Part shown: one piece after another, positions 1 through 10,676 of the stretch
Layout: each line of letters opens with the position of its first letter
Numbering within the stretch: position 1 is the first letter of the stretch
The notes under the pieces: model-generated
Told to the model about the DNA's origin: nothing
Databases searched by the model: none
The model's input: the letters and a program-made list of their open reading frames with translations, nothing else
Assembly: GCA_963706595.1 (NCBI GenBank)
Contig: OY970166.1
Coordinates: forward strand, 2,400,001-2,464,000
Direction of reading: 5' to 3'
Length of the DNA stretch: 64,000 bases
Origin: an uncultured cyanobacterium
GTDB taxonomy: Bacteria; Cyanobacteriota; Cyanobacteriia; Cyanobacteriales; Nostocaceae
Position numbers and translations under genes: made by a program

Positions 1-1664
1 CAGCACTCACCTTGATCACCCAAATCTTGCAGTTGCTTCTGGGCTTGATAAGCCAAAGAATCCGCCATATTCTTCGTATCAATTTGTTCACGGCGTTTGC
101 GGTCTGACTCAGCGTGGGATTCTGCATCCCGCACCATGTTTTCCACATCCCCCTTATCGAGGGTGGAAGCACCTGTGATCGAAATGGATTGCTGTTTACC
201 TGTAGCTTTATCTTGAGCAGTCACAGAAAGAATACCGTTGGCATCAATATCAAAAGTCACCTCAATTTGTGGTACACCTCTAGGTGCTGGCGGAATCCCA
301 TCCAGGCGGAAAGTTCCCAAACTCTTGTTATCTTTAGCGAATTCCCTCTCACCTTGGAGAGCATGAACTTCGACATTTGTTTGACCATCAGCCGCAGTTG
401 AGAAGATTTCCGACTTTTTCACCGGGATAGTAGTATTACGGCTAATAATCTTCGTCATCACACCGCCAAGAGTTTCCACACCCAAAGACAAGGGAGTGAC
501 ATCCAACAGCAGGATATCTTTCACCTCACCAGCTAACACACCCGCTTGAATAGCAGCACCAATCGCCACCACTTCATCAGGGTTCACACCTTGACAAGGA
601 TCTTTACCAATCATTCGCCGCACTAATTCTTGCACAGCCGGAATCCGAGTTGAACCACCCACTAATACAACTTCATCAATTTCCGCATTACTCAGTTTGG
701 CATCTTGCAACGCTTGCTGCACAGGTTTCCGACAACGGTCTAAAAGATCCGCCGTCATTTCCTCAAATTTAGCCCTTGTCAAAGTCGTATCTAGGTGTTG
801 CGGTCCCGCTTGAGTCGCTGTAATAAAGGGGAGGTTAATATTGGTTTGAGTCGCACTGGAAAGTTCAATTTTGGCTTTTTCTGCGGCTTCTGTGAGTCTT
901 TGTAAAGCTTGTTTATCTTTACGCAAGTCAATACCTTGATTACGCTGAAATTCAGTCGCCAACCAATCGACAATCTTTTTATCAAAATCGTCACCACCTA
1001 AATGGGTGTCCCCACTGGTAGATTTTACTTCAAATACACCGTCTCCTACTTCCAAAATGGAAACGTCAAAAGTCCCACCACCCAAGTCAAAGACTAAGAT
1101 AGTTTCGTTGGTCTTTTTATCTAAACCATAAGCCAGTGCTGCTGCTGTTGGTTCGTTGATAATCCGGAGAACTTCTAAACCTGCAATTTTACCCGCGTCT
1201 TTGGTCGCTTGGCGTTGGGAGTCGTTGAAGTAAGCTGGAACGGTGATTACAGCTTGGGTAACTTTGTCTCCTAGATATTTACTGCTATCGTCAACCAACT
1301 TCCGCAGAACTTGGGCGGAAACTTCTTCGGGTGCAAATTGCTTACCTGCTGCGGGACAGTCGAGTTTAACATTCCCGTCGCGATCGCGCACAACTTTGTA
1401 AGTCACCTCTGTAGCTTCATGGGTAATTTCTTCATGTTTGCGCCCAATGAAGCGTTTTACAGAATAGAAGGTGTTTTCTGGGTTCATCACCGCTTGTCGT
1501 CTGGCTATTTGACCTACTAAGCGTTCACCAGACTTAGTATAAGCCACCACCGACGGCGTGACGCGTTGTCCTTCAGCGTTAGCAATTACTAAAGGTTGTC
1601 CACCTTCCATGACCGCAGCACAAGAGTTTGTGGTTCCTAAATCAATTCCAATTACTTTCGGCAT
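1..1664 (-). CDS. dnaK: Molecular chaperone DnaK/Hsp70 (3' end runs off the window; absent from the ORF track)
   Basis: Manual translation from ATG at 1664: [24 protein letters not shown]...[19 protein letters not shown]...[10 protein letters not shown]...[19 protein letters not shown]; in frame down to about position 15. Confidence 0.97.
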   Translation of the reverse strand, partial: MPKVIGIDLGTTNSCAAVMEGGQPLVIANAEGQRVTPSVVAYTKSGERLVGQIARRQAVMNPENTFYSVKRFIGRKHEEITHEATEVTYKVVRDRDGNVKLDCPAAGKQFAPEEVSAQVLRKLVDDSSKYLGDKVTQAVITVPAYFNDSQRQATKDAGKIAGLEVLRIINEPTAAALAYGLDKKTNETILVFDLGGGTFDVSILEVGDGVFEVKSTSGDTHLGGDDFDKKIVDWLATEFQRNQGIDLRKDKQALQRLTEAAEKAKIELSSATQTNINLPFITATQAGPQHLDTTLTRAKFEEMTADLLDRCRKPVQQALQDAKLSNAEIDEVVLVGGSTRIPAVQELVRRMIGKDPCQGVNPDEVVAIGAAIQAGVLAGEVKDILLLDVTPLSLGVETLGGVMTKIISRNTTIPVKKSEIFSTAADGQTNVEVHALQGEREFAKDNKSLGTFRLDGIPPAPRGVPQIEVTFDIDANGILSVTAQDKATGKQQSISITGASTLDKGDVENMVRDAESHAESDRKRREQIDTKNMADSLAYQAQKQLQDLGDQGEC

Positions 1665-1868
1665 ATAATCTTCCTCGTTAGCTTTCGTTTTGTGCAATTG
1701 TGGCGTTGAGGATAAGACACTGGGTATCGAAAATGGGGTATTATCTAGTGGATTTAGTCTTAGGAGGTTTAATCTCAAGCGTGCTAGCTTGCAGACAACC
1801 AGTATTTTTCCTCAATCAATCTATTAAGCTTCCTACTTCAAACATTAGACCAACTGATAATTGAGTGG

Positions 1869-1907
1869 GTTCGGTTTTATAGCAAGGTGCGATCGCAATA
1901 ACCGTAC
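1869..1907. promoter_or_regulatory. Possible K-box-like half sites (GTTCGG...CCGTAC) upstream of dnaK
   Basis: Inverted half sites resemble the cyanobacterial K-box GTTCGG-N4-CCNNAC, but the spacer is 27 nt and contains a HIP1 site. Confidence 0.25.
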
Positions 1908-1960
1908 AACTTGTCATTTGAATAATTTCCGATAAGTAGCTCAAACTTAAAACACATAAT

Positions 1961-1997
1961 ACTCAGATCCCCGACTTCTTGGAGAAGTCGGGGATCT
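1961..1997. repeat. Dispersed palindromic repeat ACTC-AGATCCCCGACTTCT-N3-AGAAGTCGGGGATCT
   Basis: Perfect 15-bp stem; near-identical copy at 57946-57982. Confidence 0.9.
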
Positions 1998-2130
1998 ATA
2001 TCCTCAATGTTTTATGTTTAATTATGTTAACCTACTTAAAAACGACCATTAAGATGATGAGGAGTCTTGTATAAAGTTTTTAAGTTGACTTTACTGGATA
2101 AAACATCATAATTTCCCCATATTTTGATTT

Positions 2131-3468
2131 TTATTTAATTTTTTTTTCACCCCAAATCAATTCCAACCGTTCCTGAGCTTCGTTTAAAGCCGCCTCAGCC
2201 GAAGATTTACCTAATAATGTAGCTTCAATTGCTCTACCTAAAAGGTCAGCAATACGACTGTATCCAGCTATAGCAGGTAAAGAATGTGCTACAGGTAACT
2301 GCTCAAAAAATACTTTTAATAATGGGGTTTGCTCAATAAATTGCTGATAAATTGGACTACGAGCCGAGGAAAAAGTGACTGGTAAAAAATTCGTTTTCAT
2401 AGTCCATTCTGTTTGAAATTCCTCGCTTAAAACATACTCCAAAAATTTGAGTGCAGCTTCTTCTTTAGCTGTTGTAGTCTTCATCACAAACAAACTAGCA
2501 GTACCTGTGACTGTTGCAGGTCTTACTCCCGCAGGTACAGGAAACACTTGATGATCAACTGGAGACTTCATGATTAATGTCCAAGGTCCAGTAATCTGCA
2601 TGGCTACACGACCCTGAAGAAAAGCATTTTCTTCATAGCCTTGTTCGGGAGCAGAAAGCATGACTGAACCATCTTTGATCATATCTTGCCAAAAATCTAA
2701 AGCAGCGATCGCACCTACGTCAGTTAAATTCGGGTAATTATTTTGAATAATCTCTCCCTCAGCACCAAATAAAAACGGCAACCAACTAAAAACAGTCCAT
2801 CCTCCCTTTCCTAAAGGCAACAACATTCCATACTGTTCAGGACGATGATCTCCGTTTTTGTCTATCGTCAATTTTTTAGCAACTTCTCTCAACTCTTCCC
2901 AAGTTTTAGGTACTTCTGTAATTCCCGCAGATGCAAACAATGTAGGTCGGTAAAAAATCCCGATATTACTTGTGTGCATAGGAATAGACCAAACGTGACC
3001 ATCTATTTCCATTCCTTTCAATAGATTCGGTCTAATATCTGATTTGATTGCTGTTTCTTCTAACCAATCATCTAAAGGTCGAATGGCTCCTAGTTCTACA
3101 AATTGTCCCGTGTATTCTGGGTAAAAAAATAAAATCTCAGGAAAAGCATTACCAACAAATGCTGTTAATATTTTTGGCAACTGAGGTTCAGGTTGAAAGA
3201 TAGATTCAACTTGAATATTTGGATGCTTTTGATTAAACTTACTGACCAGTGTTTGAAATAAATCCCGGTTTTCTGGAGGATTGATTGACTGCCATAGTGT
3301 TAGTTTAATTACAGAATTTTCTTCAGGCTCTATTTGCTTACAACTCCATAAACCAAACAGACAAAAAAACACAATAATTCCTAAGAGCGAAATTTTTTTA
3401 ATTAATTTAAAAATTTCACATCCCGATAATATAAACTTGATTTTCATCTTGTTTATCCCTTTAATCAT
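2131..3468 (-). CDS. ABC transporter sugar-binding lipoprotein
   Basis: Lipobox-like LWSC; family-1 SBP motifs (FNQKHPNIQVE, PKTWEEL, GRVAMQITGPW). Confidence 0.9.
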   Translation of the reverse strand: MIKGINKMKIKFILSGCEIFKLIKKISLLGIIVFFCLFGLWSCKQIEPEENSVIKLTLWQSINPPENRDLFQTLVSKFNQKHPNIQVESIFQPEPQLPKILTAFVGNAFPEILFFYPEYTGQFVELGAIRPLDDWLEETAIKSDIRPNLLKGMEIDGHVWSIPMHTSNIGIFYRPTLFASAGITEVPKTWEELREVAKKLTIDKNGDHRPEQYGMLLPLGKGGWTVFSWLPFLFGAEGEIIQNNYPNLTDVGAIAALDFWQDMIKDGSVMLSAPEQGYEENAFLQGRVAMQITGPWTLIMKSPVDHQVFPVPAGVRPATVTGTASLFVMKTTTAKEEAALKFLEYVLSEEFQTEWTMKTNFLPVTFSSARSPIYQQFIEQTPLLKVFFEQLPVAHSLPAIAGYSRIADLLGRAIEATLLGKSSAEAALNEAQERLELIWGEKKIK

Positions 3469-4637
3469 ACTTGTTGAGCAAAAATTCTCTCAATTAACAT
3501 TTCTAAGTTATTAGCACAACTAGACTCACTAAATAATCGTTCTAGTTGCTCAGAACGGTTTAGTCTTTCTTGAGGACTTTCTACGTGATGAATTATTGAT
3601 TTCGCCAAAGCATCTACATCATTTGGTGGGACTAAAGTTCCACATTCTAATACTTCAGAAATTTCCCGTGGACCCACTGGACAATCACTAGCAATGAAGG
3701 TGACTCCACTAGCTACAGCTTCTACAAGCACCATCCCAAATCCTTCGTAATGAGAAGCAAGTATGACTGCCCTAGATAATGAAAAGTACGCTCTGGGATT
3801 AGTCACAGTTCCTGCAAAAAGTACAATATCACTAATTTTTAAATAACTTGCCAACTTTTGCATTTCTGTTTCTAAATTACCATCTCCTAGTAAAATTAAC
3901 CGGATATTAGAATGACGGTGATTAGCTTGAGCAAATGCTTTGAGTAAAGTTACATGATCTTTTTGATGATGAAATCTAGCAGCAGATACAAAAGTAATTA
4001 ATTCATGGTTTTTCAACCATGACTCAGCAGTAGAATTTAATGGCTGATTATTTATATCAGGTATAGCGGGATTATAGCATATTTCTATATTACGAGGATT
4101 TAAGCCCATATTTAAGAATCTTTCATACAGACTTTTACAAACAAATACTAATCCATTCGCTTGCTTAAGACTAAGCAAACTCACCCAATTGTCAATACGT
4201 ATAGATAAATTTTGCCATATTCCTATCAATGAGTTGATTGTGCTTTCAGCCTGTAATTCAGAAATAAAATCAGTATGAATATAGATAATATAGGGAGTTT
4301 TTACACCGCCCGGAATCATTTGTGAAAAATAAAAAAGTTTGCTGATAAATGCAGTATGGCAAATAATAATATCTGGTTTTAATTCAGCAATTACTTTACT
4401 TAACTGCATAGCTATCCATATTTGATGTATGGCTCCCCCGATATAAAATCCACTGCCCGCAACTTTCATAATTATGACTTTTTCAGCATCTTTAAAATCA
4501 ACTATCCACCCTGAGTCTAAATCTGTAAACACCACGGTAGAAACTTGATTACCTGCTTTTTTTTGAGAAGATATTAGCGAATTGGCAATTTTTGGCGCTC
4601 CACCAATATTACTTAAAATTAGATGACAAATATGCAT
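3465..4637 (-). CDS. Glycosyltransferase family 4
   Basis: ARFHHQKDH, GDG, SHYEGFGMVLVEA motifs; ATGA overlap with the next gene. Confidence 0.92.
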   Translation of the reverse strand: MHICHLILSNIGGAPKIANSLISSQKKAGNQVSTVVFTDLDSGWIVDFKDAEKVIIMKVAGSGFYIGGAIHQIWIAMQLSKVIAELKPDIIICHTAFISKLFYFSQMIPGGVKTPYIIYIHTDFISELQAESTINSLIGIWQNLSIRIDNWVSLLSLKQANGLVFVCKSLYERFLNMGLNPRNIEICYNPAIPDINNQPLNSTAESWLKNHELITFVSAARFHHQKDHVTLLKAFAQANHRHSNIRLILLGDGNLETEMQKLASYLKISDIVLFAGTVTNPRAYFSLSRAVILASHYEGFGMVLVEAVASGVTFIASDCPVGPREISEVLECGTLVPPNDVDALAKSIIHHVESPQERLNRSEQLERLFSESSCANNLEMLIERIFAQQV

Positions 4638-4694
4638 ACAGTAGTCTGGTTTGATTTCTCATAGCTGGCGTGGCGATAGATATAATTTTATGAA

Positions 4695-4729
4695 TAACAA
4701 AACCCACAACTTTGTTATGGGTTTTGTTA
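4695..4729. terminator. Stem-loop, possible terminator
   Basis: TAACAAAACCCA...TGGGTTTTGTTA 12-bp inverted repeat between the GT2 and GT4 genes. Confidence 0.5.
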
Positions 4730-4783
4730 AAAAAATAGCTAGTCCCACTCTAGTATAAATCGTTTAACATTCATACTAGAAAT

Positions 4784-5452
4784 TTACTTAGATGAGGACA
4801 TTTCTTCTAAAAAACTTTTAGTAACACTAGTTTCTGCCCTGGTGTAAAGATAAGTTTCTGGCGCGGTAAGTTTTTCAGTTTTAAAAATCTTTTCGGCTCT
4901 GCACCAAAACTCTGTATCTTCTACATAAGGAATATCATTAAATCCTTGTAATTCAAAAAATACATCCCTTTTACCAAAAAATGTAGGACCAACGACACAT
5001 TCTTTCAGATTTATAGTTTTATCTCGTTGAAAATAATCAACCACCCAAATTTCTCCTTCAGTCGCAAATCCTCCTTCTATTAAGTCCAAGTCTGGATGAG
5101 ATTGCATATATTCAATTCGGGATTCTAGATGATTATTTAAATATGCATCGTCGCTATCAATGAATGTGATATATTTCCCAAATGATGCTTGGATTCCGGC
5201 ATTTCTGGCATAACCTGCCTTTCTATTTTTATGCTTTAAATAACGTATTTGATTGAATTCTTGAACATATACATTGACAATATCAAAGGTATCGTCTTGG
5301 CTGCCATCATCAACTACAATCAACTCCCAATTCTGAAAAGTTTGATTAATAATACTATCAATGCACCTATTTAAGTATTTTTCTCTATTGTAGGTAGGTA
5401 AAATAATAGAGATTTCTGGAATTGGTTCAAACATTACACTGGTCATGATCAC
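4784..5452 (-). CDS. Glycosyltransferase family 2
   Basis: ISIILPTYNR, VVDDGS, FIDSDD motifs. Confidence 0.93.
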   Translation of the reverse strand: MIMTSVMFEPIPEISIILPTYNREKYLNRCIDSIINQTFQNWELIVVDDGSQDDTFDIVNVYVQEFNQIRYLKHKNRKAGYARNAGIQASFGKYITFIDSDDAYLNNHLESRIEYMQSHPDLDLIEGGFATEGEIWVVDYFQRDKTINLKECVVGPTFFGKRDVFFELQGFNDIPYVEDTEFWCRAEKIFKTEKLTAPETYLYTRAETSVTKSFLEEMSSSK

Positions 5453-5501
5453 AAATTACTGTAATTACAGTTGGAAAACAACAAAAATTAACTGGAAATT
5501 C

Positions 5502-6137
5502 TTACTCTATTCTAATACTTTCCCGTTCCCACAAAGCTAAGTGTCTGATGGGATAACCTTCGATCCAGTCTTCTATAAATGCAATGGGTTGGCCAAAGTT
5601 AAATGGGTCTTTCTGTAGATTAAGCAGACGAAATGACCCAGTGGTAATGTCTTGATTCTCGGAATTAGAATGAGTTGATGTGAGTAGATATTTAATACCA
5701 CTGCTTAAAAACTTATCAATCACCGATATAATATCCTTATTCGATAAGTGAAAAAGACAGTCTCTGCAAAGCCATATATCAGCTTGTGGTAGAGTGTCTT
5801 GAGTAATATCTAAATAGGTAAAGTGGCGATTATCATTACCATAAAGTAATTTGTTACGATTTATTAATGGCTCGACAATATCAGCACCGATGTATTGAAT
5901 TGGTTCTTGCCAAGAAATCATTCTGAACCAATTAAAATCTCCACAGGGAGCATCCAAAAACACTTTTATTCCTAAATTTTTCACTAATTTAGGTATTTCC
6001 TTCCGAATATTTTCTGTATATTGAATTGTTGATCCTGGACCAGAAACGCTTTCCTCGCTGCCCCATAAATTATTTGTGTAATGATCCTGGAATATTTCCT
6101 TGGCATTACCTATTATAGGATTATCTTTGTATTGCAT
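5502..6137 (-). CDS. Class I SAM-dependent methyltransferase-like protein
   Basis: SGPGS, LDAPCGD, YIGADIV, CRDCLFHL motifs. Confidence 0.8.
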   Translation of the reverse strand: MQYKDNPIIGNAKEIFQDHYTNNLWGSEESVSGPGSTIQYTENIRKEIPKLVKNLGIKVFLDAPCGDFNWFRMISWQEPIQYIGADIVEPLINRNKLLYGNDNRHFTYLDITQDTLPQADIWLCRDCLFHLSNKDIISVIDKFLSSGIKYLLTSTHSNSENQDITTGSFRLLNLQKDPFNFGQPIAFIEDWIEGYPIRHLALWERESIRIE

Positions 6138-6301
6138 GAATTATGAAAATTAAGTTTTTACAAAACAATGTATTTGATCATGATCATATCATTTATATCA
6201 GCAAGTATTATATAATAGGATTACGTTTTTCTGTAAAAAATATTTTTATTTTGAGTATTGTTTTATAGACTACAATTGACTTATTACTAGAAATCATTTT
6301 T

Positions 6302-7045
6302 ATGGTTAAGGTTGCACTCCCAGATTTTTTAAGTGATTTTTCCGAAAATTCATTTCACTTAAAACAGCACTTGCAGGAATTTTTGCATTTAGATTCAACA
6401 ACTCTAGAGCAAAAGTTAGCTCAAGGTAAAGACAATTTAGCTAAATTGGGTAACAAAGATTTTGATTGGGATGCAGCAGCAGCCTTTTATCGTGACAAAG
6501 TTGGAGAGATTTATTTGTTTGAGTTGGGAGCATGGCATTTAGAATGTCCCGATAATATTGAAAATGCCTTATTTTTGATTGTCGATCATGCTCAAGGTCG
6601 GGTGTTAGATTTTGGCGGTGGAATTGGAACTCATGCAATTTGCGCTGCGCTGTGTCCTGAAGTCGAACAAGTTATTTATTGTGATATCAATCCTCTGAAC
6701 CGTGATTTTGTTTATCACCGTGCCGAACAGTTGGGGCTAAGTCACAAAATAGTTTTTTGTTCAGAAATGCCTCCAGAAGGTAGTTTTGATACAATCATGT
6801 CCTTTGATGTTTTAGAACATTTACCAGATCCTTGTGAGCAGTTGCTTGCGTTCTATCAAGCCTTAAGACCTGAAGGCAAAACAATTCTGAATTGGCATTT
6901 CTTTAAAGGCTTTAATCAAGAGTATCCTTTTCATTTGGATGATCCACAAGTAATAGAAGCCTTTTTCAAAACTGTTCAGAGTAAGTTTGTAGAAATTTTT
7001 CACCCTTACTATACCACGACTCGTTGCTACCGTAAGTGGGTTTGA
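6302..7045 (+). CDS. Class I SAM-dependent methyltransferase
   Basis: VLDFGGGIG, FDVLEHLPDP. Confidence 0.88.
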   Translation: MVKVALPDFLSDFSENSFHLKQHLQEFLHLDSTTLEQKLAQGKDNLAKLGNKDFDWDAAAAFYRDKVGEIYLFELGAWHLECPDNIENALFLIVDHAQGRVLDFGGGIGTHAICAALCPEVEQVIYCDINPLNRDFVYHRAEQLGLSHKIVFCSEMPPEGSFDTIMSFDVLEHLPDPCEQLLAFYQALRPEGKTILNWHFFKGFNQEYPFHLDDPQVIEAFFKTVQSKFVEIFHPYYTTTRCYRKWV

Positions 7046-7073
7046 AAGAAATTTCTCAAGAGGGCTGAATCTC

Positions 7074-7225
7074 CAGGGAAGAGGCAGGGGCGCAGGAGGG
7101 GGGAGCGAAGAAGAGGCAGAGGGGCGCAGGGTGCAGGGTGCAGGGTGCAGGGGGGAGTGAGAAATTACTTTAAATTTCCGGTTATTTAACAACCTTTCCT
7201 CTTCTCCCCTGCCTCCTGCCTGTTT
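7074..7225. repeat. Degenerate STRR-type heptamer array (GCAGGGG/GCAGGGT) with an inverted counterpart
   Basis: Tandem gcagggt x3 and related units; complementary cccctgcc units downstream. Confidence 0.7.
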
Positions 7226-7318
7226 TGACCACCAACCAGAACCAGGAAAAGGAAGGCGGTTATGCCTTGCTGCTGTTTTTTCTTCAACTGAAACTACTAC
7301 AATTACTATTGATGCTAG

Positions 7319-8729
7319 TTGACACTCTGCTGCCTAAAGGCGAGGAGATTCTACATTCACAGACTCGCCGTTAGACGACAGGCTTGAGCCAACCGCCCAA
7401 GAGGGCAAATCTCCTGTAGCGTAAGTTCCCGTATGCCCTACGGTACTTAATCCTAATTTAAGGATATTGATACTAGCGTTGACATCCCTATCTTCAACAA
7501 ACCCACAATGATGACAAACATGAGTTCTAGTAGATAGAGATTTTTGCACTTTCTGACCACAATTAGCGCAATTTTGGCTGGTATTATGGGGAGGAATAGC
7601 AACAGTTACCGAACCATATTTATGCCCAAAATATTCTAACCATTGCCTAAAAGTAGACCAACCAGCATCAGAAATTGATTTAGCTAGATGTCGGTTTTTT
7701 ACCATACCTTTAACATTCAAGTCTTCATAGGCTACCAAATCGTTAGATTGGATGACGGAGTACGCTAATCTCTTGCAATATTCTTTTCGCTGCCTACTTA
7801 CTCTTAAATGCTTACGGGCATACCTATTTCTAGCTTTGTGGTAGTTGTTAGATTGTCGTTGTTTGGCTTTTTTACGTTCTCTACTGAATTTCTGGGATTT
7901 TTTACGATTAGCTCAATTTAATTGTTTTTCTGACTTACGGTAAAACTTGGGAGATGGCTCTACATTGCCTTTAGAGTCAGCAATGAAGTAGTTTAAACCC
8001 AAATCCAAGCCTACTACTTGATGAGATGGTTGTGTCTGAATTCTAGTATTTACGTCAATCGCAAATTGAGCGTAGTACCCATCAGCACGACGTACTAAGC
8101 GGACACGTTTAATTTGCTTGATGTCATAATAGTTAAGGTCGTAGGTTCCCTTTAATTTCAGAGTTCCAATACCTTTCTTGTCTGAAAAAGTGATAGCTTT
8201 TCTAGTTTCTGAAAGCTTCCATCCGGTTGATTTATATTCAACAGAACGGCAGTTTTTCTTAAATCTTGGGAAACCTTTTTTACCTTTGACTTTTTTCTGG
8301 CAGTTGTCGTAAAACCGAGCTATTGCACTCCAAGCACGTTCAGCAGCAGATTGTCTAGCCATTGAATTAAGTTCATCAGCAAAAGGAAATTCAGCAGCAA
8401 GCACAGCGCAATATTTGTTGAGATCGTACTTGGTGACATTTTTATTGCCCATCCAATATCTTAAAGACTTGTTTTGGACGAATTGACTAGTACGAATAGC
8501 ATCATCTACTGCACGGTATTGTTTGTCCTTTCCTTTGACCTTGAACTCGTAAATTATCATCGGCTCGACCGAACCAACTACATATTTATGCTAGCATGAT
8601 TGGTATAAACTGACAACCAAACTAAAAATTTACAGAGTCCTAAAGGACTTAACCAGCTTTCATCCCTTGCCTGAAGTACGGGATACGCAACTACGTTGCT
8701 GTTCCTCAAGGGTTTTCAGCATTTCTCTT
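7319..8729 (-). mobile_element. IS200/IS605-family (IS1341-type, tnpB-only) element
   Basis: tnpB is flanked by a left-end hairpin (CCCTTG...CAAGGG) preceded by TTAT and a right end ...GAATCTCCTCGCCTTTAGGCAGCAGAGTGTCAA; no tnpA present. Confidence 0.8.
7334..8560 (-). pseudogene. tnpB: TnpB RNA-guided nuclease interrupted by one in-frame TGA (7913-7915)
   Basis: ORFs 7913-8560 and 7334-7738 share a frame; read-through gives KQLN*ANRKKSQKFS...LAYSVIQSNDLVAYEDL; RuvC D (GLDLG), E (YEDL), D (DRDVNA) and the zinc finger are present. Confidence 0.9.
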
Positions 8730-8790
8730 ATAATGGGAAAGCTTTGAGATTTACTAGCCCATCTAGCCCGACAGAATAAAACTAACACTT

Positions 8791-10578
8791 ATGCGAACTC
8801 ACTATTGCGGCGAACTCCGAAAAGAAGATATTGGAGAAACTGTTACCTTATACGGTTGGGTAGACCGTCGCCGCGATCATGGGGGGGTGATATTCTTAGA
8901 TTTGCGCGATCGCTCAGGCATTGTTCAAATTGTCAGTGATCCGCAACGCACCCCAAATTCCTACGAACAGGCTAACAACCTGCGGAATGAATACGTTGTG
9001 GAAATCATCGGTAGAGTCACGCACCGTCCCGACGAATCTTTGAATCCCCGCCTCCCCACGGGCGAAGTTGAAATCTACGCCGACAAAATTAGACTGCTTA
9101 ACGGCGTTAGTAAACAGTTACCATTCCAAGTTTCCACTGCTGACACCGAAACTGTACGGGAAGACTTGCGGCTAAAGTATCGTTATTTAGATTTGCGACG
9201 AGAACGCATGGCGCAGAATATGCAATTGCGTCACCAAGTCGTCAAAGCCATGCGTCGGTTCTTAGAAGATTTGGAAGGTTTTATTGAAATCGAAACCCCA
9301 ATTCTTACCCGTTCTACACCAGAAGGTGCTAGAGATTATATCTTACCCAGTCGGGCAAATCCTGGTGAGTGGTTTGCTTTGCCGCAATCACCCCAGCTAT
9401 TCAAACAGATACTCATGGTATCGGGCATGGATAGATATTATCAACTTGCCCGTTGCTTCCGTGATGAAGATTTACGCGCTGACAGACAACCAGAATTTAC
9501 TCAGTTGGACATGGAAATGAGTTTCATGTCCCAAGAAGAAATTATCGCCCTGAATGAAAAGTTAGTGGCTCATATCTTTAAAACAGTTAAAGGTATCGAG
9601 TTAAATTTACCATTCCCCCGGCTGACCTACGCCGATGCGATGTCACGCTATGGTAGTGATAAACCAGATACCCGCTATGACTTAGAATTAGTCAATGTTG
9701 CCGATGTTTTGCAAGACTCTGGGTTTAAAGTTTTTCGGGATGCGATCGCTCATGGTGGTACTGTTAAAATTCTGCCCATTCCCAACGGTAACGATGCCAT
9801 TTCTAATGTCCGCATTAAACCAGGCGGTGACTTATTCAAGGAAGCCAGCGAAGCGGGTGCAAGAGGTTTAGCTTTCATCCGCGTGCGAGAAAATGGTGAA
9901 ATTGACACCATTGGCGCAATTAAAGACAACCTCAGCGCAGAGCAAAAACAGGAAATCTTACAACGTACAGGCGCAAAACCAGGACATTTGCTATTATTTG
10001 GGGCTGGTGACACAGCTACAGTTAATAAAACTTTAGACAGATTGCGGCAAGTTGTGGCTAGGGAATTTAAATTAATTAATCCCGAAAAAACCAACTTACT
10101 CTGGATTACAGATTTCCCGATGTTTGAGTGGAATGCTGACGAAAAACGCCTAGAAGCACTGCACCACCCCTTTACTGCACCGCATCCTGAAGATGTCAGT
10201 GATTTAAAAACTGCACGCGCCCAAGCTTACGATTTGGTGTTAAACGGTTTAGAAATTGGTGGCGGAAGTCTGCGGATTTATCAAGGAGATATTCAACAGC
10301 AGGTGTTTGAAGCCATTGGCTTGTCTCCTGAAGAAGCACAGAATAAATTTGGCTTTCTCTTAGATGCCTTTGAATATGGTACACCGCCCCATGGTGGCAT
10401 TGCCTATGGTTTGGACCGTTTGGTAATGTTGCTAGCTGGGGAAGAATCGATTCGGGATGTGATTGCTTTTCCCAAAACACAACAAGCCCGTTGTTTGCTC
10501 ACAGATGCACCTTCAGGGGTAGATGTCAAGCAATTGAAAGACTTACACGTTGCTTCGACTTACAAGCCCAAATCTTAA
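8791..10578 (+). CDS. aspS: Aspartate--tRNA ligase
   Basis: [45 protein letters not shown]. Confidence 0.99.
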   Translation: MRTHYCGELRKEDIGETVTLYGWVDRRRDHGGVIFLDLRDRSGIVQIVSDPQRTPNSYEQANNLRNEYVVEIIGRVTHRPDESLNPRLPTGEVEIYADKIRLLNGVSKQLPFQVSTADTETVREDLRLKYRYLDLRRERMAQNMQLRHQVVKAMRRFLEDLEGFIEIETPILTRSTPEGARDYILPSRANPGEWFALPQSPQLFKQILMVSGMDRYYQLARCFRDEDLRADRQPEFTQLDMEMSFMSQEEIIALNEKLVAHIFKTVKGIELNLPFPRLTYADAMSRYGSDKPDTRYDLELVNVADVLQDSGFKVFRDAIAHGGTVKILPIPNGNDAISNVRIKPGGDLFKEASEAGARGLAFIRVRENGEIDTIGAIKDNLSAEQKQEILQRTGAKPGHLLLFGAGDTATVNKTLDRLRQVVAREFKLINPEKTNLLWITDFPMFEWNADEKRLEALHHPFTAPHPEDVSDLKTARAQAYDLVLNGLEIGGGSLRIYQGDIQQQVFEAIGLSPEEAQNKFGFLLDAFEYGTPPHGGIAYGLDRLVMLLAGEESIRDVIAFPKTQQARCLLTDAPSGVDVKQLKDLHVASTYKPKS

Positions 10579-10587
10579 CAATGTGAA

Positions 10588-10617
10588 TGTAGAGACGTTG
10601 CATGCAACGTCTCTACA
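10588..10617. repeat. GTAG-type REP-like palindrome
   Basis: TGTAGAGACGTTGCATGCAACGTCTCTACA perfect palindrome; related copy at 19946-19972. Confidence 0.85.
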
Positions 10618-10676
10618 CAGGTGATGTCAGACGCATATTTGAATTTGGTTGATGTCTAATTGGTGAACTCTTGTAT

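Noticed and set aside
1..20. Possible +1 frameshift near the dnaK end of the window (GDQGEC vs expected GDK/QVSA)
   Set aside because: Too close to the window edge to verify.
114..1520. Short ORFs 114-401, 791-997 and 1311-1520
   Set aside because: Shadow or alternate-frame ORFs over dnaK.
6863..7192. Pro-rich ORF (also 14498-14725, 48423-48611, 38061-38324)
   Set aside because: These are translations of STRR or MITE repeats.
7334..8560. TnpB as a domesticated nuclease-dead TldR regulator
   Set aside because: All three RuvC acidic residues are retained; the inactivation is a nonsense codon.
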